Shown: piece by piece, positions 20,505 through 30,123 of the stretch
How the letters are laid out: the number at the start of each line of letters is the position of its first letter
Position numbering within the stretch: the first letter of the stretch is position 1
Origin: Bacteroidia bacterium
GTDB lineage: Bacteria; Bacteroidota; Bacteroidia; JABEUT01
Reading direction: 5' to 3'
Length of the DNA: 64,000 nt
Assembly (NCBI GenBank): GCA_035486275.1
Contig: DATHNG010000165.1
Coordinates: 8,686 to 72,685 of the forward strand
Notes under the pieces: generated by a model
The model's input: the letters and a program-made list of their open reading frames with translations, nothing else
Database searches by the model: none
What the model was told of the DNA's origin: nothing
Program-made: the position numbers and the translations under genes

Positions 20505-21947
20505 ATGAGAAGACTAATGTTGCTTGCTTGCTTTGTAGCGCTTATTGCAGGTTGTAATAAGTATGACGGGCAGCTAATCGGCGTACAGAACAGGCCATCG
20601 TGGTATCAAGCTGATCCATATGGAATGGTGTACATTGGCATGGGTAACTATATGATGGGTCCTGATGATCAGGAAGTGCCATATGCTTACACAACCAAAT
20701 CAAGGATGGTTTCAGTACAGGCATTCTATATGGATGACTCTGAAATATCTAATAACGAGTACAGGCAGTTTGTTTATTGGGTACGAGATTCATTAATGCA
20801 CTTAATGCTGGCTGAAAATGACCCTACTCAAACCATTACACAGGATAAAGATGGTAATGATATCGATCCGCCTGCTATTAATTGGGATGCAAAAATAAGG
20901 CTTGATGACCATGCTACTATGGAAGCTTTAACTGATGCAGGTTTATATTTACCAGCTGCCGAAAGGTTTTACCAGAGAGTTGAAATTGATACACGTAGAC
21001 TTAATTTCCTTTTTTACACATTGAATGTTCGTTTAGCGGCTGTAAAAAACAGCGATCAGGGTAACCGTTTTGTCCCTGATAAAGATGCACCAGACAAAAA
21101 GGGCGATCAGTATATTAATGGAAAAGGTCATTATGATGTAATTGATAAGCAGTACAATGGAATTGATGGGTATAAGACGCGTTCAAGAAAAGGCGTTGAT
21201 CGTAGTGTGTTCATTGATAAGCATGTAATAAATGTTTACCCTGACACATTGGCCTGGGTACATGACTTTACATATTCTTTTAATGAGCCGATGACCAATA
21301 TGTATTTCTGGCATCCTGCATATGATAATTATCCTGTTGTGGGCGTATCATGGAAACAGGCTACAGCTTTCTGCGTATGGCGTACTCAGTTAATGGATAG
21401 TTATTTGATTGGTAACGGTCAATCTATTGTAAACGACTTCCGTCTCCCTACAGAAGCTGAATGGGAATATGCAGCACGTGGCGGATTATCATTAAGTCCT
21501 TACCCTTGGGGGGGGCCTTATATCCGTAATTCAAGGGGCTGTTTCTTATGTAACTTTAAACCTATGAGAGGTAGTTACATGGATGATGGTGGTTTCCACA
21601 CCGTTGGTATATATTCATATAATCCGAACGGGTATGGTTTATATTGCATGGCAGGTAACGCAGCTGAATGGACGAGTAACGCATATGATGAATCAGCATA
21701 TGATTTTTCACATGATCTGAACCCTAACTATGTGTATGATGCTACTGATAACGAACCAAGCGTATTGAAGAGAAAAGTTATCAGAGGTGGTTCATGGAAA
21801 GATGTTGGATATTATTGCCAAACAAGTTCAAGGACTTACGAGTATCAGGATACGGCAAAATGTTATGTTGGCTTCCGTTGTGTTGAAACCTACCTGGGTC
21901 GCGCACAAGGTGACGCTCTTGATAATGTATCTTCTGCTCACGAATAA
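20505..21947 (+). CDS. gldK: Gliding motility / T9SS lipoprotein GldK (PorK)
   Basis: Lipobox 'LIAGCNK' and an FGE-sulfatase-type domain ('VSWKQATAFCVWR', 'LPTEAEWEYAARGG', 'RGGSW'). First gene of the gldKLMN order. Confidence 0.9.
   Translation: MRRLMLLACFVALIAGCNKYDGQLIGVQNRPSWYQADPYGMVYIGMGNYMMGPDDQEVPYAYTTKSRMVSVQAFYMDDSEISNNEYRQFVYWVRDSLMHLMLAENDPTQTITQDKDGNDIDPPAINWDAKIRLDDHATMEALTDAGLYLPAAERFYQRVEIDTRRLNFLFYTLNVRLAAVKNSDQGNRFVPDKDAPDKKGDQYINGKGHYDVIDKQYNGIDGYKTRSRKGVDRSVFIDKHVINVYPDTLAWVHDFTYSFNEPMTNMYFWHPAYDNYPVVGVSWKQATAFCVWRTQLMDSYLIGNGQSIVNDFRLPTEAEWEYAARGGLSLSPYPWGGPYIRNSRGCFLCNFKPMRGSYMDDGGFHTVGIYSYNPNGYGLYCMAGNAAEWTSNAYDESAYDFSHDLNPNYVYDATDNEPSVLKRKVIRGGSWKDVGYYCQTSSRTYEYQDTAKCYVGFRCVETYLGRAQGDALDNVSSAHE
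21508..21515 (+). repeat. G8 homopolymer inside gldK
   Basis: cct tgg ggg ggg cct encodes 'PWGGP'. It is the longest G/C run I found in the window. Confidence 0.9.
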
Positions 21948-21993
21948 TAAAATAAACCTTAACGTAATAATTAACACTTAAAATTTAACATTT

Positions 21994-22917
21994 ATGGGAT
22001 TTAAAGAGTTTTTATCAGAGACAAAGAGAGGAAAAGATGTAATGAATAAATTCGTTTGTTGGGGTGCCTCTGTCGTTATTATTGGTGCATTGTTTAAGAT
22101 CCAGCACTATCCTGGTGCTACAATTGCGCTTATTACAGGTCTTTCTACTGAAGCGCTTATATTTTTAGTATACGGTATATTACCTCCGCACGAAGATGTG
22201 GATTGGAGTTTAGTTTATCCTGAACTTGCAGGTTTGCATGGTGGTGGTGATGAACATGGTGAAAAGGAAGAAGCTAAAGGAAGCATTACCGAGCAATTGG
22301 ATGACTTACTTGAAGAAGCAAAGATTGGTCCTGAGTTGATTGAAAGCTTAGGAAGTGGCTTAAAGAGCCTTAGCGAAAATACTGCCAAAATGAGCGGTAT
22401 TGCTGATGCAAGTGTTGCAACAGGTGAATATGTTAATAATGTAAAGAACGCATCTAAGAATATCAGCGATCTTTCAAATAGTTCTTCAAAAGCAGCTGAG
22501 TCTTTGGGTTCAATTTCTGACAGCGATATTTCAGGCACTACCAAGAATTATGTAAATAAGATTCAATCGGTTGCAGATAGCATGAGCGAGCTTAACAGTT
22601 CGTCTTCAAAAGCTGCTGAAACCCTTAAGGGACTTAGCGTTGGAAATCCAGGTGCCTATGTTGAACACATGGAGAAAATGGCAACCAATGTTGCAGCATT
22701 GAACTCAGTTTATGAAATGCAATTGAAATCATCTAACGACCAGGTTAAAGCTTCGGGTGCATTGTACGAAAGTATTTCAAGACTGGTTGAAAACGTTGGA
22801 GAGTCTGTTGAAGATACTCGCCGTTACAAAACAGAAATGTCTCAACTGGTTCAAAATCTTGAGTCTCTGAACACTGTTTATGGTGGCATGTTGACCGCTA
22901 TGAACATGAAGAGATAA
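21994..22917 (+). CDS. gldL: Gliding motility / T9SS protein GldL (PorL)
   Basis: N-terminal two-TM region 'WGASVVIIGALFKIQHYPGA...LSTEALIFLVYG' and a coiled C-terminal domain, placed between gldK and gldM. Confidence 0.85.
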   Translation: MGFKEFLSETKRGKDVMNKFVCWGASVVIIGALFKIQHYPGATIALITGLSTEALIFLVYGILPPHEDVDWSLVYPELAGLHGGGDEHGEKEEAKGSITEQLDDLLEEAKIGPELIESLGSGLKSLSENTAKMSGIADASVATGEYVNNVKNASKNISDLSNSSSKAAESLGSISDSDISGTTKNYVNKIQSVADSMSELNSSSSKAAETLKGLSVGNPGAYVEHMEKMATNVAALNSVYEMQLKSSNDQVKASGALYESISRLVENVGESVEDTRRYKTEMSQLVQNLESLNTVYGGMLTAMNMKR

Positions 22918-22979
22918 TGTGGATTTGAATTTTTTGAATAGAGAAATTAGTTATAAATATTTATAAAACCGTATAGGTT

Positions 22980-24623
22980 ATGTCACTTCCCAAAGAACCG
23001 AGGCAAAAGATGATTACCATCATGTATCTTGTACTAACAGCTTTGTTAGCGCTGAACGTATCAAAGCAGATTGTACATGCTTTTATTGTGGTGAATACAG
23101 GTTTGCAGTTAACAAATGAGAATACTCAAGGACAAACTAAGTCACTACAGGAAAAGTTTCAAAAGGCATATGATAATGATATGGTTAAAACAAAGCCTTT
23201 TTATGATGCTGAAAAGTTAGTAGTGGAGAAAGCAAATAAGATGGTGGATGATATTCAGAAAATGAAAGCTGATTTGGTAAAAGCAGTGGACAAAAAACCA
23301 TGGGATCTGGATAAGAAGGATACCATGATGGAATATGTAGATGCTAAAGAAGATTTCACTACTCCTACAGGTATTTTGTGCGGCGATGGCGATGATATTA
23401 CAAAGGGAAAAGCACATGCTTTGAAAATGGAATTAAATAGTTTCAGAAAAGATTTAATTACCATATTTAAGAACCCGCAATTGCATACTACCTTGGCCGA
23501 TACAGCCAGGGTGAAGTTGGGGTTACTCACTCCTGACATTAAAGTTCCGGACGAAGGAAAGCAAACATGGGAGTATTATTATTTTGGTGAAACTCCTCTT
23601 GTATCTGACGTTGTAACCTTTACTGAGTTACAAAGTGATGTAAGAAATGCTGAAGCAGCAATGTTAAACTATTTGTATAGCAATATTGATGCTACCAGTT
23701 TTAAAGTAACAGATTTTATTGCTAAAATTATTCCTAGTTCAAGCTATGTATTGTTAGGTGATAGTTTTAGGGCTGATATTTTCCCTTCTGCATACATTGC
23801 AACACAGCAGCCTACTATTACAATTGGTGAAGTGGATACAATTAAAAAGGAAATTAAGGGAACCGGAGAAGCTGTTAAAAAATTTGATGATAAGGGAATA
23901 GGAAAGTATAGTTTCAAAACAGAGAAAGAAGGACCTGCTGTTGTTACAGGTGTTATTCAAATGAAGGACCCTACAGGTGTTGTAAAAAGCTATCCTTTTA
24001 AAACCAATTATATTGTTGCTAAAGCAGCTGTAGTTGTTTCACCATCTCAAATGAATGTGTTTTACGCGGGTATTCCAAACCCTGTAGACGTTTCTGCTGC
24101 AGGTTTCGATGCCAGTGCATTACACCCATCTATGTCATTAGGTTCCATGTCACCTTCGGGACCTAAAGGGCACTACATGGTAAACGCAAGTGCTGACGCA
24201 ATTGGTAAAGAAGCAACTGTAACAGTTAGTGCTACTATGCCCGATGGTACTCATAAGTCACTTCCTCCTGTAAAATTCCGTATAAAGAGAATTCCTGATC
24301 CTGCTTGTTTTACCGGTGGTAAAAGTGGAGACGCTTCTATGAGTAAGTTGCAACTTCAGGCTGTGCCTAAGGTTGAAGCCCGTATGCCTGCTGACTTTGA
24401 CTTTGGCGGTGTAAACTTTAACGTTATATCATTTGATATGTCAATTGGTGTAAACGGAGTGTTTGTAGATGACCACGCAAATGGCGGTCGTTTTACTCCT
24501 AAAATGTTGAGTTTGATCGGCCAGGCTCCAAAGGGCGGATATATTATTGTAAAGAATGTACAGGTAAAGGGACCGGATGGAAAGAGCCGTACAATTCAGG
24601 GAATGGCAATAAGGCTTAACTAA
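22980..24623 (+). CDS. gldM: Gliding motility / T9SS protein GldM (PorM)
   Basis: 'MITIMYLVLTALLALNVSK' single N-terminal TM and a long periplasmic domain, in the operon position expected for gldM. Confidence 0.88.
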   Translation: MSLPKEPRQKMITIMYLVLTALLALNVSKQIVHAFIVVNTGLQLTNENTQGQTKSLQEKFQKAYDNDMVKTKPFYDAEKLVVEKANKMVDDIQKMKADLVKAVDKKPWDLDKKDTMMEYVDAKEDFTTPTGILCGDGDDITKGKAHALKMELNSFRKDLITIFKNPQLHTTLADTARVKLGLLTPDIKVPDEGKQTWEYYYFGETPLVSDVVTFTELQSDVRNAEAAMLNYLYSNIDATSFKVTDFIAKIIPSSSYVLLGDSFRADIFPSAYIATQQPTITIGEVDTIKKEIKGTGEAVKKFDDKGIGKYSFKTEKEGPAVVTGVIQMKDPTGVVKSYPFKTNYIVAKAAVVVSPSQMNVFYAGIPNPVDVSAAGFDASALHPSMSLGSMSPSGPKGHYMVNASADAIGKEATVTVSATMPDGTHKSLPPVKFRIKRIPDPACFTGGKSGDASMSKLQLQAVPKVEARMPADFDFGGVNFNVISFDMSIGVNGVFVDDHANGGRFTPKMLSLIGQAPKGGYIIVKNVQVKGPDGKSRTIQGMAIRLN

Positions 24624-24651
24624 TACTATAACAATACCAAAATTGAAGGCC

Positions 24652-25521
24652 ATGAAAAGGATTTTAGGATTAGCGGGAATAGCAGGACTTGTGTTTTTTT
24701 GCAATGGCGGTGCTGTTGCGCAGGGCGTACTTGCTCCTGGACCAGGCATGTTAGATGGATTGTATGTTAAAGAAAATTCACCAAGCCGAAATGTGATTCC
24801 TTATACATCATTACGTGAGGCTGATGTAATCTGGTCAAAAAGAATTTGGAGAATGATAGATTTAAGGGAAAAGATGAATCTTGACCTTTATTATCCTATT
24901 ACCCCAAATGCGAACAGAAAAAGTATGTGGGATGTTATTATAGGTGCTGTAAAGAATAAAGAAAATCAATTGGCCCTGTATAGTGTTTCGCCTTTTGACT
25001 TTGATAAATCATTTACCCTGCAAATGACCAAAACAGAGGCAGATAGTGCATTGTTGAAGATTATAACTGTAGTTGACTCGAATGGTAACTCCTCCTTACA
25101 ATCGCAGGCACTTGAATCTCCGGATATTCTTCAGTATATGCTTAAAGAAGATTGGTTTTTTGATAAACAGCGTTCAGTAATGGATGTTCGTGTATTGGGT
25201 ATTTGTCCGTTTAAGAAGACATTCGATGCAAATGGTAACGAGATACCAGGACAGCCTACCATGATGTTCTGGATTTATTTACCGGCAATAAGGCCTACTT
25301 TTGCTAATGCTGAGGTGTATAACACACATAACGATGCAGAGCGCAGGACATACGAAGACATATTCTGGAAAAGACAATTCTCTAGTTACATTATACAGGA
25401 AAGTAATGTAGCCAACAGAAAGATTGGTGACTATATGAAGAACCCGCTGGATGCATTGCTTGAAGGCGAAAAGATTAAAACAGGCATGTTCAACCTTGAA
25501 CATGATATGTGGCAGTACTAA
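24652..25521 (+). CDS. gldN: Gliding motility / T9SS protein GldN (PorN)
   Basis: Signal peptide from ATG 24652 (the track start at 24643 is TTG); 'LREADVIWSKRIWRMIDLREKMN'. Followed by a strong terminator. Confidence 0.85.
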   Translation: MKRILGLAGIAGLVFFCNGGAVAQGVLAPGPGMLDGLYVKENSPSRNVIPYTSLREADVIWSKRIWRMIDLREKMNLDLYYPITPNANRKSMWDVIIGAVKNKENQLALYSVSPFDFDKSFTLQMTKTEADSALLKIITVVDSNGNSSLQSQALESPDILQYMLKEDWFFDKQRSVMDVRVLGICPFKKTFDANGNEIPGQPTMMFWIYLPAIRPTFANAEVYNTHNDAERRTYEDIFWKRQFSSYIIQESNVANRKIGDYMKNPLDALLEGEKIKTGMFNLEHDMWQY

Positions 25522-25540
25522 GTATAAAAACTTATTGAGA

Positions 25541-25573
25541 AGCCTTGATTATTTTGATAATCAAGGCTTTTTA
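25541..25573 (+). terminator. Rho-independent terminator ending the porP-gldKLMN unit
   Basis: agccttgattat-tttg-ataatcaaggct followed by ttttt. Confidence 0.8.
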
Positions 25574-25610
25574 ATTTTATAGAGTATGACTATATGACAG
25601 ACTCTTTTTG

Positions 25611-25618
25611 TAAATTTG
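25611..25618 (+). promoter_or_regulatory. -7 box TAAATTTG upstream of miaB
   Basis: Perfect motif, 32 nt before ATG 25651 and downstream of the gldN terminator. Confidence 0.45.
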
Positions 25619-25650
25619 CAGCCCTAATTAAACGATACTACGTCGAATAA

Positions 25651-27063
25651 ATGCAGACTTTAGAACAGGATACACAATTAACAGCCACTATAAAAGGGAC
25701 GAAGAAGTTTTTCATGGAGACATATGGCTGCCAGATGAATTTTTCCGACAGTGAAATAGTAGCCTCAATTCTTAAAAATGAAGGGTATTCTATAACTTCA
25801 AAAGAAGAAGAAGCGGATGTTATATTAATGAATACTTGTGCTATACGTGAAAACGTAGAACAAAAGACCCGCCAACGCCTTACAGAATTCAGAGAATTGA
25901 AGAATGAAAACCCATCGGTGGTTATTGGTGTGCTGGGCTGTATGGCTGAGCGACTGAAAGTTAAGTTACTTGAAGAAGAGGATTTGGTTGATATTGTCGT
26001 CGGGCCTGATGCATACCGTAGCATTCCAAAGCTGATTGCTGAGGTAGAGGGTGGCCAGAAGGCTATTAATGTTTTATTGTCGAGAGAGGAAACCTATGCG
26101 GATATAAACCCTGTAAGGCTTTCGGAAAATGGTATTTCTGCATTTATATCTATAATGCGTGGTTGCGATAATATGTGTGCCTTCTGTGTAGTTCCGTTTA
26201 CTCGTGGAAGAGAGCGGAGTCGCGACCCGCAAAGTATTGTAAAAGAAGCAAAAGGGCTTTTTGATCATGGATACAGAGAGGTTACATTACTTGGTCAGAA
26301 TGTAGATTCTTATTTTTGGTATGGCGGAGGCTTGAAGAAAGACTTTGATAAAGCTAATGAAGAGCAGAAAAAGAACGCCATTACCTTTGGCAATCTTTTA
26401 TCAATGGTTGCAGAAATTAGCCCTTTATTAAGGGTAAGGTTTTCCACCTCAAATCCTCAGGATATGACGGATGAAGTATTACATGCAATGGTAAAACACG
26501 AAAATATCTGCAGGTATATACACCTGCCAATGCAATCGGGTAGTTCTACTACATTAAAAAGAATGAACAGAGGATATGATCGTGAAAAATATATCGACAG
26601 AATAAAGGCAATACGTTCAATTATTCCGGGATGTGGAATATCCACTGATATTATATCGGGTTTTTGCGGCGAAACAGAAGAAGAACATAGTGATACACTT
26701 TCATTAATGGATGAAGTAGTATTTGATTATGCATATATGTTTAAGTATTCTGAACGTCCGGGAACTGCGGCTGCCAAAAAGTATGCTGATAATGTACCCG
26801 AAGAGATAAAGAAAAGAAGATTGCAGGAGATCGTTGACCTTCACAGGAAACATGCTCACGAAAGCAACCTGAAGGATATTGGAAAAGAATTTGAAGTATT
26901 GGTGGAAGGGCAATCAAAGAAATCGGATAAAGATCTTTCAGGAAGAAATTCTCAGAATAAAGTAGTTGTTTTCCCCAGAGAACACTATAAGCGTGGCGAT
27001 TACGTTATGGTTAAGGTTTATAACTGTACCTCTGGTACATTGCTGGGTGAAGCAGTAAAGTAA
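25651..27063 (+). CDS. miaB: tRNA-i6A37 methylthiotransferase
   Basis: 'ETYGCQMN', radical-SAM '[11 protein letters not shown]' and a C-terminal TRAM-like domain. Confidence 0.93.
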   Translation: MQTLEQDTQLTATIKGTKKFFMETYGCQMNFSDSEIVASILKNEGYSITSKEEEADVILMNTCAIRENVEQKTRQRLTEFRELKNENPSVVIGVLGCMAERLKVKLLEEEDLVDIVVGPDAYRSIPKLIAEVEGGQKAINVLLSREETYADINPVRLSENGISAFISIMRGCDNMCAFCVVPFTRGRERSRDPQSIVKEAKGLFDHGYREVTLLGQNVDSYFWYGGGLKKDFDKANEEQKKNAITFGNLLSMVAEISPLLRVRFSTSNPQDMTDEVLHAMVKHENICRYIHLPMQSGSSTTLKRMNRGYDREKYIDRIKAIRSIIPGCGISTDIISGFCGETEEEHSDTLSLMDEVVFDYAYMFKYSERPGTAAAKKYADNVPEEIKKRRLQEIVDLHRKHAHESNLKDIGKEFEVLVEGQSKKSDKDLSGRNSQNKVVVFPREHYKRGDYVMVKVYNCTSGTLLGEAVK

Positions 27064-27068
27064 ATAGT

Positions 27069-28304
27069 ATGACTGTTCAGGAAATAAAAAACAGGTTCAG
27101 AATAATAGGTAATGCTGTGGCGCTAGACAGGGCTATTGACATTGCCCGTCAGGTAGCAGCCACAGACCTTTCAGTTCTTATAACAGGTGAAAGTGGAACA
27201 GGTAAGGAAGTTTTTCCACAAATAATTCACCAGCTTAGCCCCCGCAAACATAACCAGTACATTGCAGTGAACTGCGGTGCTATACCGGAGGGGACAATTG
27301 ATTCTGAATTATTCGGCCACGAAAAAGGTGCATTTACCGGTGCGCATGATAGCCGCAAAGGATATTTTGAAGTTGCAAATGGTGGAACAATATTTTTAGA
27401 TGAGGTGGCAGAGCTTCCTTTGCCAACACAGGTAAGACTTCTGCGTGTGCTTGAAACAGGTGAAATTATAAAGGTCGGTTCTTCTAAAGTTATTAAAACA
27501 GATGTGCGTATCGTTGCTGCTACTAATGTGAATATTTTGCAGCTAATTGAAAAAGGCAGGTTCAGGGAAGATTTGTATTACAGATTAAACACTGTACCAT
27601 TACAAATACCGCCTCTACGCGATAGGAAAGAAGACATTCCTTTACTCTTCCGTAAATTTGCAACCGATTTTGCTGACAAGTATAAAATGCCACCTATTAA
27701 ACTTAACCGCGATGCTGAGGAAAGGCTTATTAATTATTACTGGAAAGGTAATGTGCGTCAGTTGAAGAATGTTACTGAACAGATATCGGTTATTGAAAAG
27801 AACAGAGATATAACAATTGAAATGCTTGGTCAGTATTTGCCCGATACGGCTTCAGTATCGGTACCCGCTTTATTCAGGCCTGAGCAAACTGGTGCAGGTA
27901 ATTCAGAATTTACAGAAAGGGAGCTGCTATACAAGGTGTTATTTGAAATGCGTAAGGATATGGTTGATTTAAAAAGAACCGTGCTTACTTTATTGGAGAA
28001 TGAAGATGAGCACCTGGCTATGAAGCTGCCTGGTAACGCTCAGGTAATTCATAAACTTCATCAGGACATTGATAAGAACGATGACGGACAGATTCAGATA
28101 CACCCGGTGAAAACCGGTTCAAGGTCCATAAATCCCAATATAGGCAAAGAAGTAGAGGAGTCTCATTCACTCGAAGAAAGGGAAAAACAATATATAAAGC
28201 GAGTATTGGATAAACACCAGGGCAACAGAAGGGCTGCATCTAAAGAACTTGGTATTTCAGAACGTACCATGTACAGAAAAATTAAAGATTATAACCTCGA
28301 ATAA
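27069..28304 (+). CDS. Sigma-54-dependent transcriptional activator (AAA+ plus Fis-type HTH, no N-terminal sensory domain)
   Basis: Walker A 'GESGTGKEVF', sigma-54 contact loop 'GAFTGA', Walker B 'GTIFLDEV', C-terminal HTH 'RAASKELGISERTMYRKIKDY'. The AAA+ core starts about residue 10. Confidence 0.9.
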   Translation: MTVQEIKNRFRIIGNAVALDRAIDIARQVAATDLSVLITGESGTGKEVFPQIIHQLSPRKHNQYIAVNCGAIPEGTIDSELFGHEKGAFTGAHDSRKGYFEVANGGTIFLDEVAELPLPTQVRLLRVLETGEIIKVGSSKVIKTDVRIVAATNVNILQLIEKGRFREDLYYRLNTVPLQIPPLRDRKEDIPLLFRKFATDFADKYKMPPIKLNRDAEERLINYYWKGNVRQLKNVTEQISVIEKNRDITIEMLGQYLPDTASVSVPALFRPEQTGAGNSEFTERELLYKVLFEMRKDMVDLKRTVLTLLENEDEHLAMKLPGNAQVIHKLHQDIDKNDDGQIQIHPVKTGSRSINPNIGKEVEESHSLEEREKQYIKRVLDKHQGNRRAASKELGISERTMYRKIKDYNLE

Positions 28305-28307
28305 TAG

Positions 28308-28808
28308 ATGAAGAGGCTTCTCGCTATACTCCTTGTTTCATTATTTTGTAGTTGTGGAGTAGGATTTTCTTTTTCAGGTGCTTCTATTCCAAGTGATGCA
28401 AAGTCAATATCGGTTCAGTATTTTCAGAATCATTCTGCTTTAGCTAATTCAACAACAAGCCAGATCTTTACAGATGCATTGCGTGACTATGTTACTTCAC
28501 AAAGCCACCTTCCGTTGGTTCAAAATGGCGATCTCGATTTCTCAGGCTCTATTTCCGGCTATACAATTCAACCTGTAGCAGCTAATGCAGGAACCGTAGC
28601 ACAATCATCATTAACACGTCTTACTATTTCAGTTGATGTTACTTTTGCTGATAAGAATGACCCTAAAAAGAATTTTAATTCGTCTTTTTCCCGTTATGCC
28701 GATTTCCCCAGCAGCCAGAATATCAGCAGCGTTCAGAGTGACCTGATTACTCAGATAAATAAACAATTGGTACAGGATATATTTGACAAGGCATTCAACA
28801 ACTGGTAA
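28308..28808 (+). CDS. LptE-like lipoprotein
   Basis: Lipobox 'LFCSCG' and a 166 aa size. My recollection is that LptE-family genes sit beside this activator in Bacteroidota; this is not verified. Confidence 0.5.
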   Translation: MKRLLAILLVSLFCSCGVGFSFSGASIPSDAKSISVQYFQNHSALANSTTSQIFTDALRDYVTSQSHLPLVQNGDLDFSGSISGYTIQPVAANAGTVAQSSLTRLTISVDVTFADKNDPKKNFNSSFSRYADFPSSQNISSVQSDLITQINKQLVQDIFDKAFNNW

Positions 28809-28818
28809 TCAGCGCACT

Positions 28819-30075
28819 TTGAACACAGAATTTTTTATTGCACGAAGAATTATACGGGGCAGAAGAGGCCAGAAAAAAATTTCGCAACCTACGGCCCGAA
28901 TTGCTATTGCGGGTGTTGCTATTGGGCTTACTGTAATGATATTGACTTTATCAATTGTTCAGGGTTTTCAGCGTTCTATACGCGATAAGGTTGAAGGATT
29001 TAATGCGGATATTCAAATCACTAACCTTGACAACAATAATTCCTATGAGCCATATCCGATAGCAAGGCATCAGCCATTTCTAACTGAGTTGAAAAGAATG
29101 CAGGGTGTTAAAAATGTACAGGTCTTTGCAACTAAGGTTGGTATAATAAAAACAAAAACTGAAAATAACGGTATTTTACTTAAGGGAATTGGCAGCGATT
29201 ATGATTGGACTTTTATTCGTAAAAGCCTTGTAAAGGGTAAGGTACTTGCTATTCAGGATTCTGTGCCTTCTACTGGTATTATTATTTCAAGTGTAATAGC
29301 ATCGGCTCTGGGGGTAGATACAGGTAGTAAAGTACTGGTGTTTTTTGTTACCAGAACTAAGGGTGCCGATAGCGCACATTTCAATGTTGAACAAAGAGTG
29401 AAATCATTTCATGTTTCGGGCATTTATCATACCGGTCTTGAAGACTTCGACCGGCAGTTTGTATTTACCGATATAGCCCAGATCCAGAATCTTAATTTCT
29501 GGACAAAAGAACAGGTTGGCGGTTTTGAGTTGCTGAGTAATGATTTTGATAAGGTAGACTCACTGGAAGATAATGTGAAGAATGCTATTGGTGTAAAGTT
29601 GAATGCACAAAGCATAAAAGAAATAAATGAACCCATGTTTTCATGGCTGAATTTGCAAAATACCAATGCTGCAATAATTATTGTTCTTATGGCGCTCGTT
29701 TCTGCTATTGCAATGGTATCTGCGCTTATTGTGCTGATACTTGAGAATACGAATATGATAGGCTTACTTAAAGCACTTGGTTCAAGAAACCTCAATATTC
29801 AACAAATATTTATGATAGATGGCGCCTACCTTATTTTCAGGGGGATGTTAATTGGCAATATTTTGGGAATATCGATGTGTCTTATTCAGGAATATTATAG
29901 GATTATTCCACTCGACCAGGCAACATACTATGTCTCATATGTTCCGGTACATTTTGATGTGGTAAATGTTGTGCTACTTAATGTATGTACTTTTATTATA
30001 TGTATGTTAATGTTGATACTGCCATCTTTTATTATTTCGCGCATTACACCTGTTCGTACATTAAGGTATAGTTAA
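28819..30075 (+). CDS. FtsX/LolE-like ABC transporter permease
   Basis: 'FFIARRIIRG' N-terminus, large periplasmic loop, C-terminal FtsX-type TM bundle. TTG 28819 is preferred (it gives NTEFFIARR...); the track ATG 28783 overlaps the lptE-like gene by 26 nt. Confidence 0.75.
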   Translation: MNTEFFIARRIIRGRRGQKKISQPTARIAIAGVAIGLTVMILTLSIVQGFQRSIRDKVEGFNADIQITNLDNNNSYEPYPIARHQPFLTELKRMQGVKNVQVFATKVGIIKTKTENNGILLKGIGSDYDWTFIRKSLVKGKVLAIQDSVPSTGIIISSVIASALGVDTGSKVLVFFVTRTKGADSAHFNVEQRVKSFHVSGIYHTGLEDFDRQFVFTDIAQIQNLNFWTKEQVGGFELLSNDFDKVDSLEDNVKNAIGVKLNAQSIKEINEPMFSWLNLQNTNAAIIIVLMALVSAIAMVSALIVLILENTNMIGLLKALGSRNLNIQQIFMIDGAYLIFRGMLIGNILGISMCLIQEYYRIIPLDQATYYVSYVPVHFDVVNVVLLNVCTFIICMLMLILPSFIISRITPVRTLRYS

Positions 30076-30089
30076 AAGCTGTACTTGTT

Positions 30090-30097
30090 TATATTTG
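30090..30097 (+). promoter_or_regulatory. -7 box TATATTTG upstream of the CBS-type gene
   Basis: Perfect motif, 26 nt before ATG 30124. Confidence 0.4.
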
Positions 30098-30123
30098 TAA
30101 CCTATTAAAATACGTAAAGATTT

